Positions 50,491-63,270 of a stretch of DNA of 64,000 nt are shown piece after piece. Under the pieces are notes generated by a model. It worked only from the letters and a program-made list of their open reading frames with translations, had not been told where the DNA came from and searched no databases. Source of the DNA: Camelus ferus (lineage: Eukaryota); the NCBI RefSeq assembly GCF_009834535.1, contig NC_045696.1:28088001-28152000 (forward strand), in the 5' to 3' direction. How positions within the stretch are numbered: position 1 is the first letter of the stretch; each line of letters begins with the position of its first letter. The position numbers and the translations under genes were made by a program.

Positions 50491-52561
50491 CTGCATGACT
50501 ATTACAGGCTATTTTAGCCTTATTAAGGTCTTTGCTTAATTGCAGTCCGAGTTCTGCCTATTCAATTGAACAGTCATTCCTTGTATTTATGCTTATCTAT
50601 TTTCTTTCTCTTTCTCCCCCTCCTTTTTTCCTCATGTCTTTCCTTCCCACCCTTTATTGTATTTTTCTTTTTCGTTGAACAACCAGTCTTCCATTGTTCT
50701 TTACTCCTCCCTCCCTGCCTCCCTCTTCCTTTTTATCATTTTATATTTTACATTTTTACGGAAACAAGTGTACATTTAGAGATTTAACAGTGCGGTAAAA
50801 TTGTCATCGACGCCTATTTTGCCTGCAAGTTAAAGTCCTTTTTCGGAAGCAGTGTCTTCCATATCACATTTTACATACTGAAATTTCATGTCTTTGAAAA
50901 TAACCTAGATGCTGTCAGCTGGTTAACAGCAGGGAATGTAGCAAATACCCCAGTACAGAGACAACATGAAATGATTTTTACTGCATTTTTCATTGTGCTT
51001 TGTTTATATTTTTTTCTTTTTGTCTCTTTCAATGCCTAACCGTAATAATCCTCTTCCCCTGAAAACTGTTAAAATCTGAGCAGTGCCTCTCCAGTTTAAA
51101 ATGCAAAGAGCAGTCCTTTTTTTTTTTTTTTACAGGTTTTCTATGATAATACTTAGAGTGAGTCACTCATCCTGAAAGTGAGTGGCCTTCTAAATTACTG
51201 TGAAATAACCATGGCTGCTATTACGCACACTTACAGATGTGATTTAAATTCTCTGGAACTCCTCTGCACTTTGAATGAGAATTAGCAGCTCTGAAAGATT
51301 TAACTTCACATTGGAAAAAGATCAAAGCAAGCGGCAAAATGAACTTGAAATTTTTCTTCAGGATCGAGGTTCTAACGCTTTTCAAACCAAACTTCAACCT
51401 CCAAAATGTTTTCAGTCTCTCACAAATTTTCTCCATTACGGGTAATTTGACTGCCTTAATCAGCACCTGTTAATAAAGTTTTTTTTTCTTTCGTATCATT
51501 AAAATTTCCTTCCTTGACTATCAAAATCCTGTTTTGAAAAAATCAAATCTCAAAAGGAAATGGAAGGAGAAGCTTCAGTCCTATTTTAATGAATGCTCAA
51601 TGGAATTTCTACTTTGTAAAGGAAGCTGCTTCTGCCAATGCTCAGGAGGCTTCATTCAGGTATAATAAGAATTATAGGATCAAACACTTGCCATTTGAAA
51701 GAGACTTCATAAGCATCATCATTTGATATTTCTCTTACCTGGTCTTTCCCGTCAGCCTCTTAGATCCCACTGGGCCCCAAGACCATCAGCATTTGCTCAG
51801 CTAGTAAAGTCACTTGGAACAATGGCAAGAAATAGGAATACAAGTACAGAGCTTTGCCTTGGAGCTGCCACACAGCTATGGAAGGAATGAGCATCTTTAT
51901 AAGAGGGTCACTTAGAGCCTTATGAGAGAATTTTAAAGAAAGTTGTGAGTCCAAGAAAATGACATGGTACTTTGGCAGAACCGCCAGATGAACCAAAGGA
52001 ATTACTATACAAAGTCATCATAGCATATAAGGTGGTACTTATCATTGACTGCCAGAAACAGACAAACAAAAGTTGATGTTAGAACTCAGAAGCTATAATT
52101 CTAAGTAATAACAAAGAAATGCAGATATTTTCTTCATGAAAATAATTGCCACTAATGTGGACGTGATTTTGTTTTATATTGTAGGTCATCGCTTCCTGAA
52201 TTCCTGGTTTTCTACAATTTTATTTACTCCATAGCACTCTCTGATCATTGTTGCATTACTTATTTGAAAGAGTCACACCACTATGTCACTAATAAAATTA
52301 TTACAGAAATAGTCTCCATGAAAAATGCCATAATATAATGGAAAAAATTGTTATTTATTGGATTGTATTCTTGGCAGAAGGCACTGCTTACAAATCTTTA
52401 CTGATAAGAATATATACCATGATGCCTCAGATTTCCCATCTAAAAAGTTTTTAAAAATATTCTGTAATTGGTAATTCCTCTCATTTTCTTCCTTGTCTTG
52501 CTTTTTATTAATTTGTCATCTGCTTGTTACCAATTCTACTTCATGCTCACAGAGTTTTCTT

Positions 52562-52771
52562 TTTAATTTTTTTATTGAAGTATAGTTGATTTACAATGTT
52601 GTGTTAGTGGAGTCTGGTGTAGAGCATAGTGATGCAGTCTCACATATATATGTGTGTGTGTATATATAGTACATACACACACACACACACTTATATGTAT
52701 ATTTATATATGCCTTTTCATATTCTTTCTCATTATAGGCCATTACAAGGTATTGAACATAGTTCCCTCGCT
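52562..52771 (-). mobile_element. Lineage-specific L1 3' end with TSD
   Basis: 'ttattgaagtatagttgatttacaatgttgtgttag...tataggccattacaaggtattgaacatagttccct'. TSD gagttttctt at 52552-52561 and 52772-52781. Minus-strand site tt|aaga fits L1 endonuclease. Confidence 0.92.
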
Positions 52772-53379
52772 GAGTTTTCTTAATCCACAACCTTACCTCT
52801 TTTATGTCTCCATAGCAGTTGCCTATGTTTCTAGAGCATTTGCTGTAGTCTGCCTAGTTGTATCAGTTTATAGATGAGGACACTGTTGACTGTTCAGTCC
52901 TAGAAGACATCTAATCCTTGGTTCTCTTCCTACTTCTATCAATGTTTGCCTTTTACGTGTTTTTGTTTTCCAAATTTCTGCTTCTATATTCTAGTCTCCT
53001 CAATCTATGTCAATTGTCTTATACTGCTGGTTTCAAATATCCTAAGCTATATCCCAGATCAGTATCTTCCCTACAAACGTGCTCCTTCCCTTTGTTCAAG
53101 TATCCACCAATAGTTCAAGCTACACATTTTAGATACACTTTTGAATTAATTTTCTGCATTTTTACAGAAAATTGAAAGCTTTTATCAATTCACACAACAA
53201 AATTTTAAAATATTAACCATGTTGTGGGTTTGCTCTAGGTGTCTCTAGTATCATAATGATATTACAATTGTTTTATTTAGATGTCTCTTTCCTCTATTAG
53301 TCTGGAAATCCCTAAGGGCAATGATAGCAGCTTAGCAGTTTTTGTTTTTTTTGTTTTTAATTCCAATGATGTGAATCTT

Positions 53380-53750
53380 CTAAATTAGATTGTAAGCAAT
53401 GGAGGGCAGATACTGTTTATCTTTACATCAATAACATGTCTTGCAATTAATAGATAATCAGTACTTGCTGAATTGTGTCAGTCACATATATGTGAACTCC
53501 CACTCTGCTACTGTCACCATCTTAGCTCTTCATAATGCTCACTCTATACATCCCATAGATTCCTAAGGTCTCTAAATGTATCAGATGAATTTCTTTATCA
53601 AGCGCTCTGACCGCTTCTATTCCTTCATGCATCTGATAGACAATTACATGCCTTATGTGAGCCAGTCACACTTCTAGATATTCAGGATTAACAACCTGTA
53701 AATATAGACACGATCTCTACTCTCACAGAGATGAAGTTTAGCTGGTGATT
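53380..53750. mobile_element. Short L2 3'-end fragments in both orientations
   Basis: Sense 'ttagattgtaagcaatggagggcagatactgt...acttgctgaat'. Antisense 'tatgtgagccagtcacacttctagatatt...agacacgatctctactctcacagag'. Confidence 0.6.
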
Positions 53751-54838
53751 CAGAAAATGTTTTATGCTGAGAACTGAAGAATCTGGAGAGAAACCAACCT
53801 TTATATGACTTTCTCAGAGCACTGATGATGGCTCTTCCTGATCCCAGCCCTCTGAAGAAGATAGTCTTGTCTCCTACATGTTTTTGAGAAATCCATTTTC
53901 TCTTGTGTTGGTTCCTCTAGGGAGCCTGCCTTGATCCACATCTTCCCCTCCTCATTTAATGACAGACAACTTTTAGCATCTCATTCCAGCTAACATATCT
54001 TATAGGACTGAGTTTTTCTTTTTCTTTTTTTTTTTTTTTTCATAACAAGGCATAATTTCTTCTCCATCATTTGAAACCATTTTTTTCCTAGCTCCCTTAG
54101 AGTGCACACCTTGTGGTTACAATACTTGTCAAAAACTGTACAAATTAAGGTACACTCCATATACTCTTGATGTGTAAGTGTTATAGTCTAGCTCTGTGCT
54201 ATGATGGCCTATTATGTCCCCTTTGCTCCTGATATCTTTAACTCTCCACTAAAATTCTCTATGGGAACAAAGACTAACAATCAATGTCCAATGTCTTCCT
54301 GGACTGTAGGCAGTATTTCTGAAGACTGAAGGCACCAAAATGATGAGCATGCTTGACCAATAGATTATATATCTGTCCCTGAATGGAGAATATTAGATGC
54401 TTTCTACATTATCTTATATAAGAAATAAGGAAAGTACAATAATTTAATAAATATTCCATTGTTTTTGCATATATATTACAATTACTTTGATTTTATAAAG
54501 TAACAAATTGGGATACATAATGAGAAATAATGAATTTGAATATTTTATTCTTCAGTTATTTCTCTGTTCTTGAAGATATGGTTTAAAAACATTTATGGAA
54601 AATATTCTGGATCTGGATTAAAGTATAATTATGATACCATATTATGGGGCTGTTTATTCAGCAAACATTTTATGGAGTTTTGAAATACTGCATAGGTCTA
54701 GAATAGCTTTGTGTGTATTTATAAAGTCAAGAATTTCATATAAGACATATATGATTTTATTTACTATTATAGATTCCATTTAATACTTGTTTTGTTAAGG
54801 TGTTTTATTTAAAACATCCCCTTCAAGACATCCATCCA

Positions 54839-57180
54839 GGGAGGAGCTCAAGATGCCAGAGTAGGAGGACATGGAGCTCATCTCCCACAAGAGCAAATCA
54901 AAAAACATCTACATGTGGAGCAATTCTCAGAAAAAAGCAAACTGGAGACTGGTAGAAAGACTCACACAACCAAGGCTGCAAGAAAGATCCACAGTGAATC
55001 AGGTAGAGAGGGAAAAAAAGCGATCAGGTTGGGACCTGAGCCCCTGGGAGGGGACAGAGAAAAGAAGGGGGATTAAATGGACTCAGAAATTCTCCCTGGG
55101 CAGTGAGTGGTTCAAACCACATATGGAGTGCCGCATACCTGGGGTCTGACACCAGGAGAACAAGTCTCCCAAGCTGGTCTGAAAACCAGTGGGACTGACT
55201 GTAAGAAATCTAGACTCTGCTCATGAAGAGTGCATGCACGCTTGCTTACTCCCGAAACAAGGTGGACGAAGCCGATTGAAACTGACTAAGTCTCTGGCCA
55301 GGTTCCCAAGACTGCCCAGAATCACCCCGGCATAAGCCAAGCAGCCACTCTGGCCCCTATTGCTCTGTGGAGCAGCTCCACACTAGGGCGAGGTCTGTCA
55401 CAGCCAAGGAGAGTGCAGGGTTGTGGGGGACAGAGCTGACTTGGACCAGACATTACCTTTGAATGGGGGGAGGGCAGTCATTAATGTTGTTCACAGAAGC
55501 AACAAATCAGGAGCATTCTGGAGCTCTGACTAGTGCCAGAAATGCCCCAGCACACACCCCAGCCCACACTGAGCTTAGGACCCTTTTACTCTGTAGTATA
55601 GCTCCCCACTAGAACAAAGGATGCTGCTGCCAAGGAGAGTGCCCATTTGTCAGGGATGAAGTCACTCAGACCTGGCACAGCATCTGAACAGAGTGAGGGT
55701 AGCCCTTACTGGAACTCAAGGATGCAGCAGATAGGGAGCAGTTTATAACTCTGACCAGTGTGCCTGGATGACCCAGGGTATGCTCTGGTCTATGGCATGT
55801 GATCACTCTGGCCCCTCTTAGTCCAGCACTACTCTCCCCCTTAGTGAAGGTGACAATGCTGGGAAGGGCAGAGCACACACTTAGAGGGAACAGAGCCATT
55901 TAGGACCAGACCCTCAGGGCTTCTGTCCCAGCAGCTTGGTATCCAACCCCACCACCCCACCACCCCAGGGTGGTATTGGCCACTTAGCAAATGAGAAGCC
56001 CTGGCTCATGCCTGGCTCTGGTTCTAACTCCTTCATCTCTAGTCCAACCTCCTACCAAGGTGATAGCTGTAGCATACCCTGGGGGAAGACATGACGCATG
56101 CTCACTTCAGATCCAGATCTCCTACCAAATTCACTGGGCAGAAGTAGACTATACAGGAAAGCTCCCACACAAAGATACACCTCAAGTCCGAGATAGGTAA
56201 CTAAACTAACTAGGGAAAAGAATAGATGAACAACACAGTGAGAATTTTAACAAGGAACTAGAAAAAAATGAAAAAAGAACCAGTCAGAAATGAAGAATAC
56301 AGTAACTGAAATGAAAAACACCCTAGAAAGAATTAACAGCAGACTAGCCGGTATGGAAAAACCCATACGTAATCTGGAAGATAGAATAATGCTAATCACC
56401 CAATCAGGCAGCAAAAAGGAAAACAAATTTAAAAAATGAGAACAGTTTAAGGGACTTCTGGGACAATATTAAGCATATGAACATTTGTATTATAGGGATC
56501 CCAGGAGGAGAAGAGGGAGAGGAAGGGGTCCAGAATGTATTTGATGAAATTATGGCATAAAACTTTCTGAACCTGAAGAAGGAAACAGATAATCAAGTGC
56601 AGAAATCGCAGAGAGTCCCAAACAAGATGAAACCAAAGAGAACAACACAAAGACATATCCTAAATAAAACAGCAAAATTTAAAAATAAAGAGAGAATTCT
56701 AAAAGCAGCAAAAGAAAATCAAAGAGTCACAAAAAAGGGAACCCCGATAAGGCAATCAGCTGATTTTTCTGCAGAAACACTGCAGGCCAAAGGAAGTGGC
56801 ACAATATATTTAAAATACTGGAAGGGGAAAACCTACAACCTTGGATAATCTACCCAACAAGATTATCATTCAGAATTGAAGGGGAGATTATGAACTTCTC
56901 AGACAAGCAAAAACTAAGAGTTCATCAATACCAAAGTGACCAGAAAATAAACATTAAAGGGTCTTCTCTAAGTGGAAAAGTAAAAGACACAATAAAAAGT
57001 GAAAATTTATAGGAAATGAAAAATTCCACTAGTAAAGGAAAATATATAATAAAGACTGTGTATCAACATAGTAAATAAACTAGCATGAATATTAAAAGAT
57101 AAAACATTGTAAAGTCAACAATAACTACAATAAACAGTGAAGGGATAAACATGAAGATGTAAAAAATGACATCAAAATCA
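54839..57180 (+). mobile_element. L1 5' portion: GC-rich 5'UTR + decayed ORF1 + inter-ORF spacer; no ORF2 or 3' end
   Basis: Starts 'gggaggagctcaagatgccagagtaggaggac' (L1 5' terminus with YY1-like caagatg). ORF1 homology 56210-56971, then L1 similarity fades near 57180. Confidence 0.9.
56210..56971 (+). pseudogene. Decayed L1 ORF1p (coiled coil-RRM-CTD), frameshifted
   Basis: ORF 56597..56848 'QRVPNKMKPKRTTQRHI...KERILKAAKE..RVTKKGTPIRQSADFSAETLQA', plus 'NSLRDFWDNIKHMNICIIGIPGGEE' upstream and 'IIYPTRLSFRIEGEI' downstream. Confidence 0.92.
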
Positions 57181-57257
57181 TTTAAAAATCTTAAGACCAC
57201 CTGAAAGATGTGAAAACTTTTTACTTTGGAACATTTTTAATGAAACAAGACAAATAT

Positions 57258-57393
57258 GGGGGGAGGGTATAGCTTAGTAGTTAGAGTACATGCTTAGCAT
57301 GCATGAGGTCCTGAGTTCAATCCCCAGTATCTCCATTAAAATAATTAAATAAATAAACCTAACTACCTCCCCCCACCGAAAAAATAAATAAAT
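57258..57393 (+). mobile_element. tRNA(Ala)-derived SINE, camelid Vic-1-like
   Basis: 'ggggggagggtatagcttagtagttagagtacatgcttagcatgcatgaggtcctgagttcaatccccagtatctcca' + A-rich linker + 'aaacctaactacctcccccc' + tail. TSD aagacaaat at 57247-57255 and 57394-57402. Homologous to 5147-5281. Confidence 0.93.
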
Positions 57394-60300
57394 AAGACAA
57401 ATGAGTTTTATTTATGTAGGCCCTATTTGTTCCAGACATAATTTGATATAATCAAGATAGCTGGATATATAACGATACCAAAGATTTTTGTGAATGATGT
57501 CAATGAAGCAATCAGTGCCATTATGCCATGTTTTAAAACTTCTTAGAATATTAGCTTGATTTATATTTATAGTTGTTCCATAAAATGAATTTTCAAGTAA
57601 AATTTTCCAGTTTCCTTAAAATAACTTATTAATCTGTTAAAAATTATATTCTTTTACAAAAAAGTTCTTATTTGGGAACTGGAAAGAACTCATACTCCTC
57701 ATAACACAAGAAGAAAACTGCTGTCCATTAGGAATCGTGGCATATTGCCTTCCAACTCTTGTTGCTCTTAGTTATGAATGGAAGTTAACGTCTACACCAC
57801 CTTCAGAATGAACACAGCCCACTGTTCTCATTGGCATCAAAGTGATTGACGCCAATATGACATAATGGATTGTGACCAAGTAGGTGATGTTGACAAAGAT
57901 TTCTTTTCAATCCGTAAGTTATGATAAAAATCTTAAATACAGAATATTTGTAAGGCCTTATTTTTTACTGTACTGTAAATTTTAGCACAAAGATATTCTG
58001 AATTGACTTCTATGTGTAGGATATTGTTCAAAATTAAATGCTGAGGTCAAACTGGTTTCCACCATTTGGGAAGCATGGCCTTCTCAGTGAAAGAGAATGG
58101 CTTTCAATACCAAAAAACATCCTTTTAAAGGATGTTGGGTTTTTGTTTAACTCAATAGTTCTTTGAATTAATACTAAGATTGTTGACTAGATTAGAATGA
58201 AATCCTCCTGAAGCAAGAAATAGTCACCAAAATTAAAATATGAAAAAATTCCAGGTAACCTCTGAATATATTTTTTTAAAAAGTCTACGAAGTTTGACTA
58301 TATCAAGACTTTATTTTCCTTTAATGAATCAATGGCATTCTTTACATTGGAGGACATTCATTCACCCAAGGGAAAGACCAACACTCTACCCCAGCCCAAA
58401 AACAAACACACAAATAAGCAAACCAGAGAACTCAGAGTAGTAAAATGAGTCATATATTTATGCTATATATATATATATAGTGTAAGAGAGTCACTTGGTA
58501 GCCTAGATGCCTTCTTTTTAGAATAAAAAAGATACTTTGAATTGTATAACTTAAATGGCATGGATCAGCCTTGAGGACTTCAGCTTCAGAAAGAATGGGG
58601 TTGACCAAAGACCAGTGTTAAATACACTATGGACATATTCAATAATGAGGGAATAGATACCTTTTGTACAATTATAGTACTGTATGTAGGAGACTCTAAT
58701 CCCTAGAAGAAAAAAAAAAATCCTAGCTTGGTCTAATGACATACCAGATTAGTGAGAAACCATTGACACTTTTGAATGACAGAATAACTTTTCTTGAAGT
58801 TAACCAAAAGAAACCTTTTTAAGTTTTAACAAAATGGTGCTTGAGTTAGAGAGAATAAATGTTTTACAGTTTTGTTCACTGAGATTGTGTTTTGTATATT
58901 CTAATCTCTTCTACTGTATGGGATTTAGAATAGAAAGTCTCTCAAAATATAAAGTGCTCAAAAAGAGTAGATTTTTGTATATAGCTTTATATTCCAGGAG
59001 ATACAATCAGTTGTTTAACAATAACACATTGAAGAAGATAACCAAATTATGGGTAGTACTTGGAATAAAAATTTTAGAAAATGTTGCTTCATCAGGCAGG
59101 ATAACCATCTACATTCTTGTCAGTAGAGATGCTATAAGAAAGATACAGGATATTTTCATGAAATATGATTTACTTATAGCCAGCTAATTTAAAATAAGTC
59201 ATAATTCACACTCAGCTGGTTTAGGAAATTTTCACAAATGTGTGCCTTTTATATTTCACATAAGTACATTAAATAGATTTAAGTCTGCCAGAAATACAGC
59301 AAAATAAAGAGAACTATGGTTAATGGTCCTTCATATGAGAATGGGCAGCAGCATATTAAGTAAAAGATTCTATCTTTACAACAGAATAGTATTTCAAGTT
59401 GTAATTCCGACAAGTGTAACAGTTACCTGATGATTCATGGTCATATCCAGAATAGTCTATCAACTGACAGTCTAACCTTCACCTCTAATATACTGACCAC
59501 AGATAACTTATAGACTCCAATGTAGAACTATCAAAGTGATCTGCTGTTCTCTATTTTTTGACAAAAGCACAAAACATATTTGGTACAGATTCACTTAAGA
59601 AACCAAACTTTTAGGTGAATACTGACATTTTTCAATGAAGACTTAAGAAGCACAGGGCACATACAGGCCTCACCTTTCAAACTGAAATTGTCTGGATAGA
59701 ATTAGGAGGACAGAAAGCCACATCTGGCCACTTGATCCAGTCAGATAAATATAAAGACTACATGAAATGGCTATAGAAAATGTTAGAAAATTATTTAGGA
59801 CTCAAGTTCCTAGAGTGGGTTTGGGCAGCGATTTATTGAAATATTTTCAACAATATTGATTCTATAATTCATAAGGAACAAAAAACAGGAATAAGTAATA
59901 AAACTGCTTCAATTAACTAGTTTGGTTTTGACAACAAACTCACTCACCCAGGTAATTTAGCTATCTAGCTTCAATGTATATCATGTGTACATATTCTGTA
60001 GGGGCGGGGCTGGCTCCTAATTAACAATGAGGCAGGTATGAGGAATTAAAATAGTCAATACATTAACAGTTATAGAAATGAGATACTGATACGTGTATAC
60101 TGTTAGCAGCTGTAACCCATGCTCACTTGGTGATAGGCAATTAATTACATAAATTATTTTTTTAAAAAGGTTAAATATAATATGTTTGAGTTTGCTATGA
60201 ATGTAATGGAATATTACAATAAGGGGACCAAGGAAAATGTAGCAATAATTTCTCCTTTAAATAGAAATCTCCGTAGAAGAGAGGTACTGCAGCTGTGAGA

Positions 60301-63109
60301 GAGACTAAAACACAGAGACTTCCTGAAATAAATCAGAATCTCTGATAAAATTTTCACAGGAGTCTTTTTTTCTAAATTCTTCCTTTGAACATATTGAAAC
60401 AGGATAATTTATAAAAGCTGGAACTCATCCAGAGTTTGGCAAATTTACATAGTTCATGCTTAAAATTAGTTTACACGTGTACTGTTCATGTTACATTGAG
60501 TGGGTCCATGAAACAATGGTATTTATTTCTAACAGAAAGTTATGGTTAATATTAAAACAATCAAAATATAGTTAGAACTAAAATGGAAGTTGAATTTAAA
60601 TGGAAATACAATTTATATATGGTTATGTTTCTTAAGTTTGTCATAATATCAAAGTACAGAAAATGTATACAAAGTACTGATGTGTATTGTACTGGCAGTA
60701 TTTAAAATCATCTGTGTGTTCTATATTTGTTCTTAATTTTCATGTATAAATATATATGGTAAACAATGACAGATGCCAATTAGCATTCCTGAGTGTTCAG
60801 AAAGATAAAATTAATGCCTTTATTTCTCATAATGTATTCACCCAAATGTTTCATTAGTTAGGTAATGTAATATTAATGAGGAAAATAACTAAATTATGCT
60901 GGTCCCAAAACTGTGAACTGTAAGCTAATCATGAAATCGCTGTTTCCTTTTCACTTAACTTTCTATTGCATAGGTTTTCTCTTAGATTCTCATTCACAGA
61001 TCACAAAAGAACAATTTGGGTTACTTCAAGAATTAATTAGACATTTGTATGAAAGCCACCAGAACAACTGTTCCCCTCGCGAGTTCATAAAGCTGTTTAA
61101 TTCACCCTTGTATTTTCATTCAGAGAGGCTGGCAACACCACAATAAAGCCCAGTGTGCACAGTAAGCCAAATTTCCGACCAAATTGTTCGCTTTCATTTA
61201 CTCTGCTCACTTAAAAGGCACACACACTCACACCTTTTAACCTTCCCAGTGGCACAGCTGAGGCACTCTTCACTCAATGAAACACGACTTAGGACAATGT
61301 TCTCCCAGCCAACCTATGAAGACTATTTGAGTTAAAGTCTTTGTTTAGTCTTTAGTTGAAAAACTAGTTTATCTCCCTCTGCCTTTTGACAGAATTCTAA
61401 CATACTTTACCCAGTGTTTACTAACTTACCCAATGAGTTTAATTCTTAGATTTCATTTCACTGAAGAAAGATGTGCATTCTAGTAAGTCTTGAAATTAAA
61501 GCACATAGGATACACTTCAGATTAGATTAAACCCTTTTTATTTATTTTTTAACTGAAAGATGGACCTTGGGATCATTCCATTCTATTATTATACTTTACA
61601 TCTTAGGGACATAAGAATATATCTTATTAGTCATTCTATAGTTGTTGCCCAAGATACCCTTCCATCAGTATGAAACCCTGAGTAATGCCTACTATTATTC
61701 CTCACAAGGATGAAGTTACCTCATAAGTTGTAATTTGACATGCAAGGAAAGAAATCTAGCTCCTAACACTTGACTGTAATGATAATGTCGTCTCTGTGCC
61801 ATGCCAACACCTAGGCCCATCTGTGAGAAGGGCACGGTGCCATGTGGAAGCTAGAACATCAGTGGCAACAGCATGTAGATGCCAATATGGGGAAGTCAAA
61901 GTGATAGCCTGTGGCACTCATCAAATAGCTGATCTTTTGTAAGAAAATCCCCTCAGTAGCAGGCAATGCCAAGCGACGGCCAAGTGCTTCATTACTGGTC
62001 GTCACAGCTGCTGATGCTTGTGGGCATTCGTAACTTCAAAGAATATTCCTTCCTCTAGTCCTATTTCCAATTTGCCCGAAAGCCAGTCGCTTTACATAAA
62101 GGAAAAAGTGATGGGATTATTTTCAGAAACAAAGCCTTTTTTTTTTAATTTGTTGTGTCATGTAACAACTTTCCATTTCTTACTTAATATTGGTGCTAAA
62201 TGGCTGATTTAACAATTAGGGATAATTTTGTTTTAATCGTGCAGTAATAATTTATATAAGTTCATCAAGAATTCCCTTGAAGATAAAATATGAATAGTTT
62301 GTATGCATGTGGGTATGCATGTAAAAATTTTAGGCTGTAATTAACGCATTAAAACATGTGAGAGATTTAATGTTCTAGAACTGCTAACACAGGTCAGGTA
62401 TTGTGGGTAAATAATGGATACAGGCTGGATTCAACTTGAGTGACAATGAGCATGCTTAGTGTCAGTACAAGTTCGATTTGTTTAGGTTACGGTTCCAGCC
62501 AAATTTCTTTTTAGTCTAGAGTCCCTGTTTTAGGAAGCAAAGTAGTTGAGTGTTTAGAGAAAGCAATGAATGGGCTTTGTTTCTGGAAATTACATTTGGC
62601 TGAAAAGTTGTTCTTTATTTGCAAAGAGCAACAATTAAGGTTTTCTTGGTCTGAGGCATTTTTGGCTTTTTTAATTTTAACTATTTCTGAGACAAAGTCT
62701 CTTGCTAACAGCAGTCACATTTCCTGTATTTGAAGATATTTATAGTTTTCCTAAGTAAGTCAAGTCCCCTTCAGGGGCTGACGACACCATTGCACTCTAT
62801 GAGAGACACACCAGTCATTGGATTACCACAAATTCAGCTCTAAAGAGAGACAGAAAACTCTCCTTATTTTCAATTTTTCCTATAGGGGAAGCCTTTATGA
62901 CCAACCAAATTAAAATTTTCTTCACAAGGAGTCAGTAGCTACAAATCAAAAACCCCAGAAAGTCCTTTCCGTCACTAATAAACAAAAATCACACAATAAT
63001 CCACTTTTTTCCTGAAAATAGAGTACTAATATTTTATGAAACGATCAGCAAGTGGCTAAAATTTCTACTAAGGATTCAGAGTAACTACGAATATACAACT
63101 GAGACTGAC

Positions 63110-63270
63110 AGCTCTGGGAATTTAGCAGGTTATTTAAAATATTTTAAGCCTCAGTTTCCTCAATTGAGAATAGAAATGACCTTACAGAGCTCCTGAGAGG
63201 GTGGAAATTGTGTAATGTTTGTAAAGCAATTAATATTAAGTCCAATACTTGACTGTTTGCAATACATGAA
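63110..63270 (+). mobile_element. MIR fragment
   Basis: 'gcaggttatttaaaatattttaagcctcagtttcctcaattgagaatag...ccttacagagctcctgagagg...taatgtttgtaaagca'. Confidence 0.8.

Noticed and set aside
58834..59187. 117-aa ORF
   Set aside because: No recognisable homology or splice context; composition reflects AT-rich DNA.
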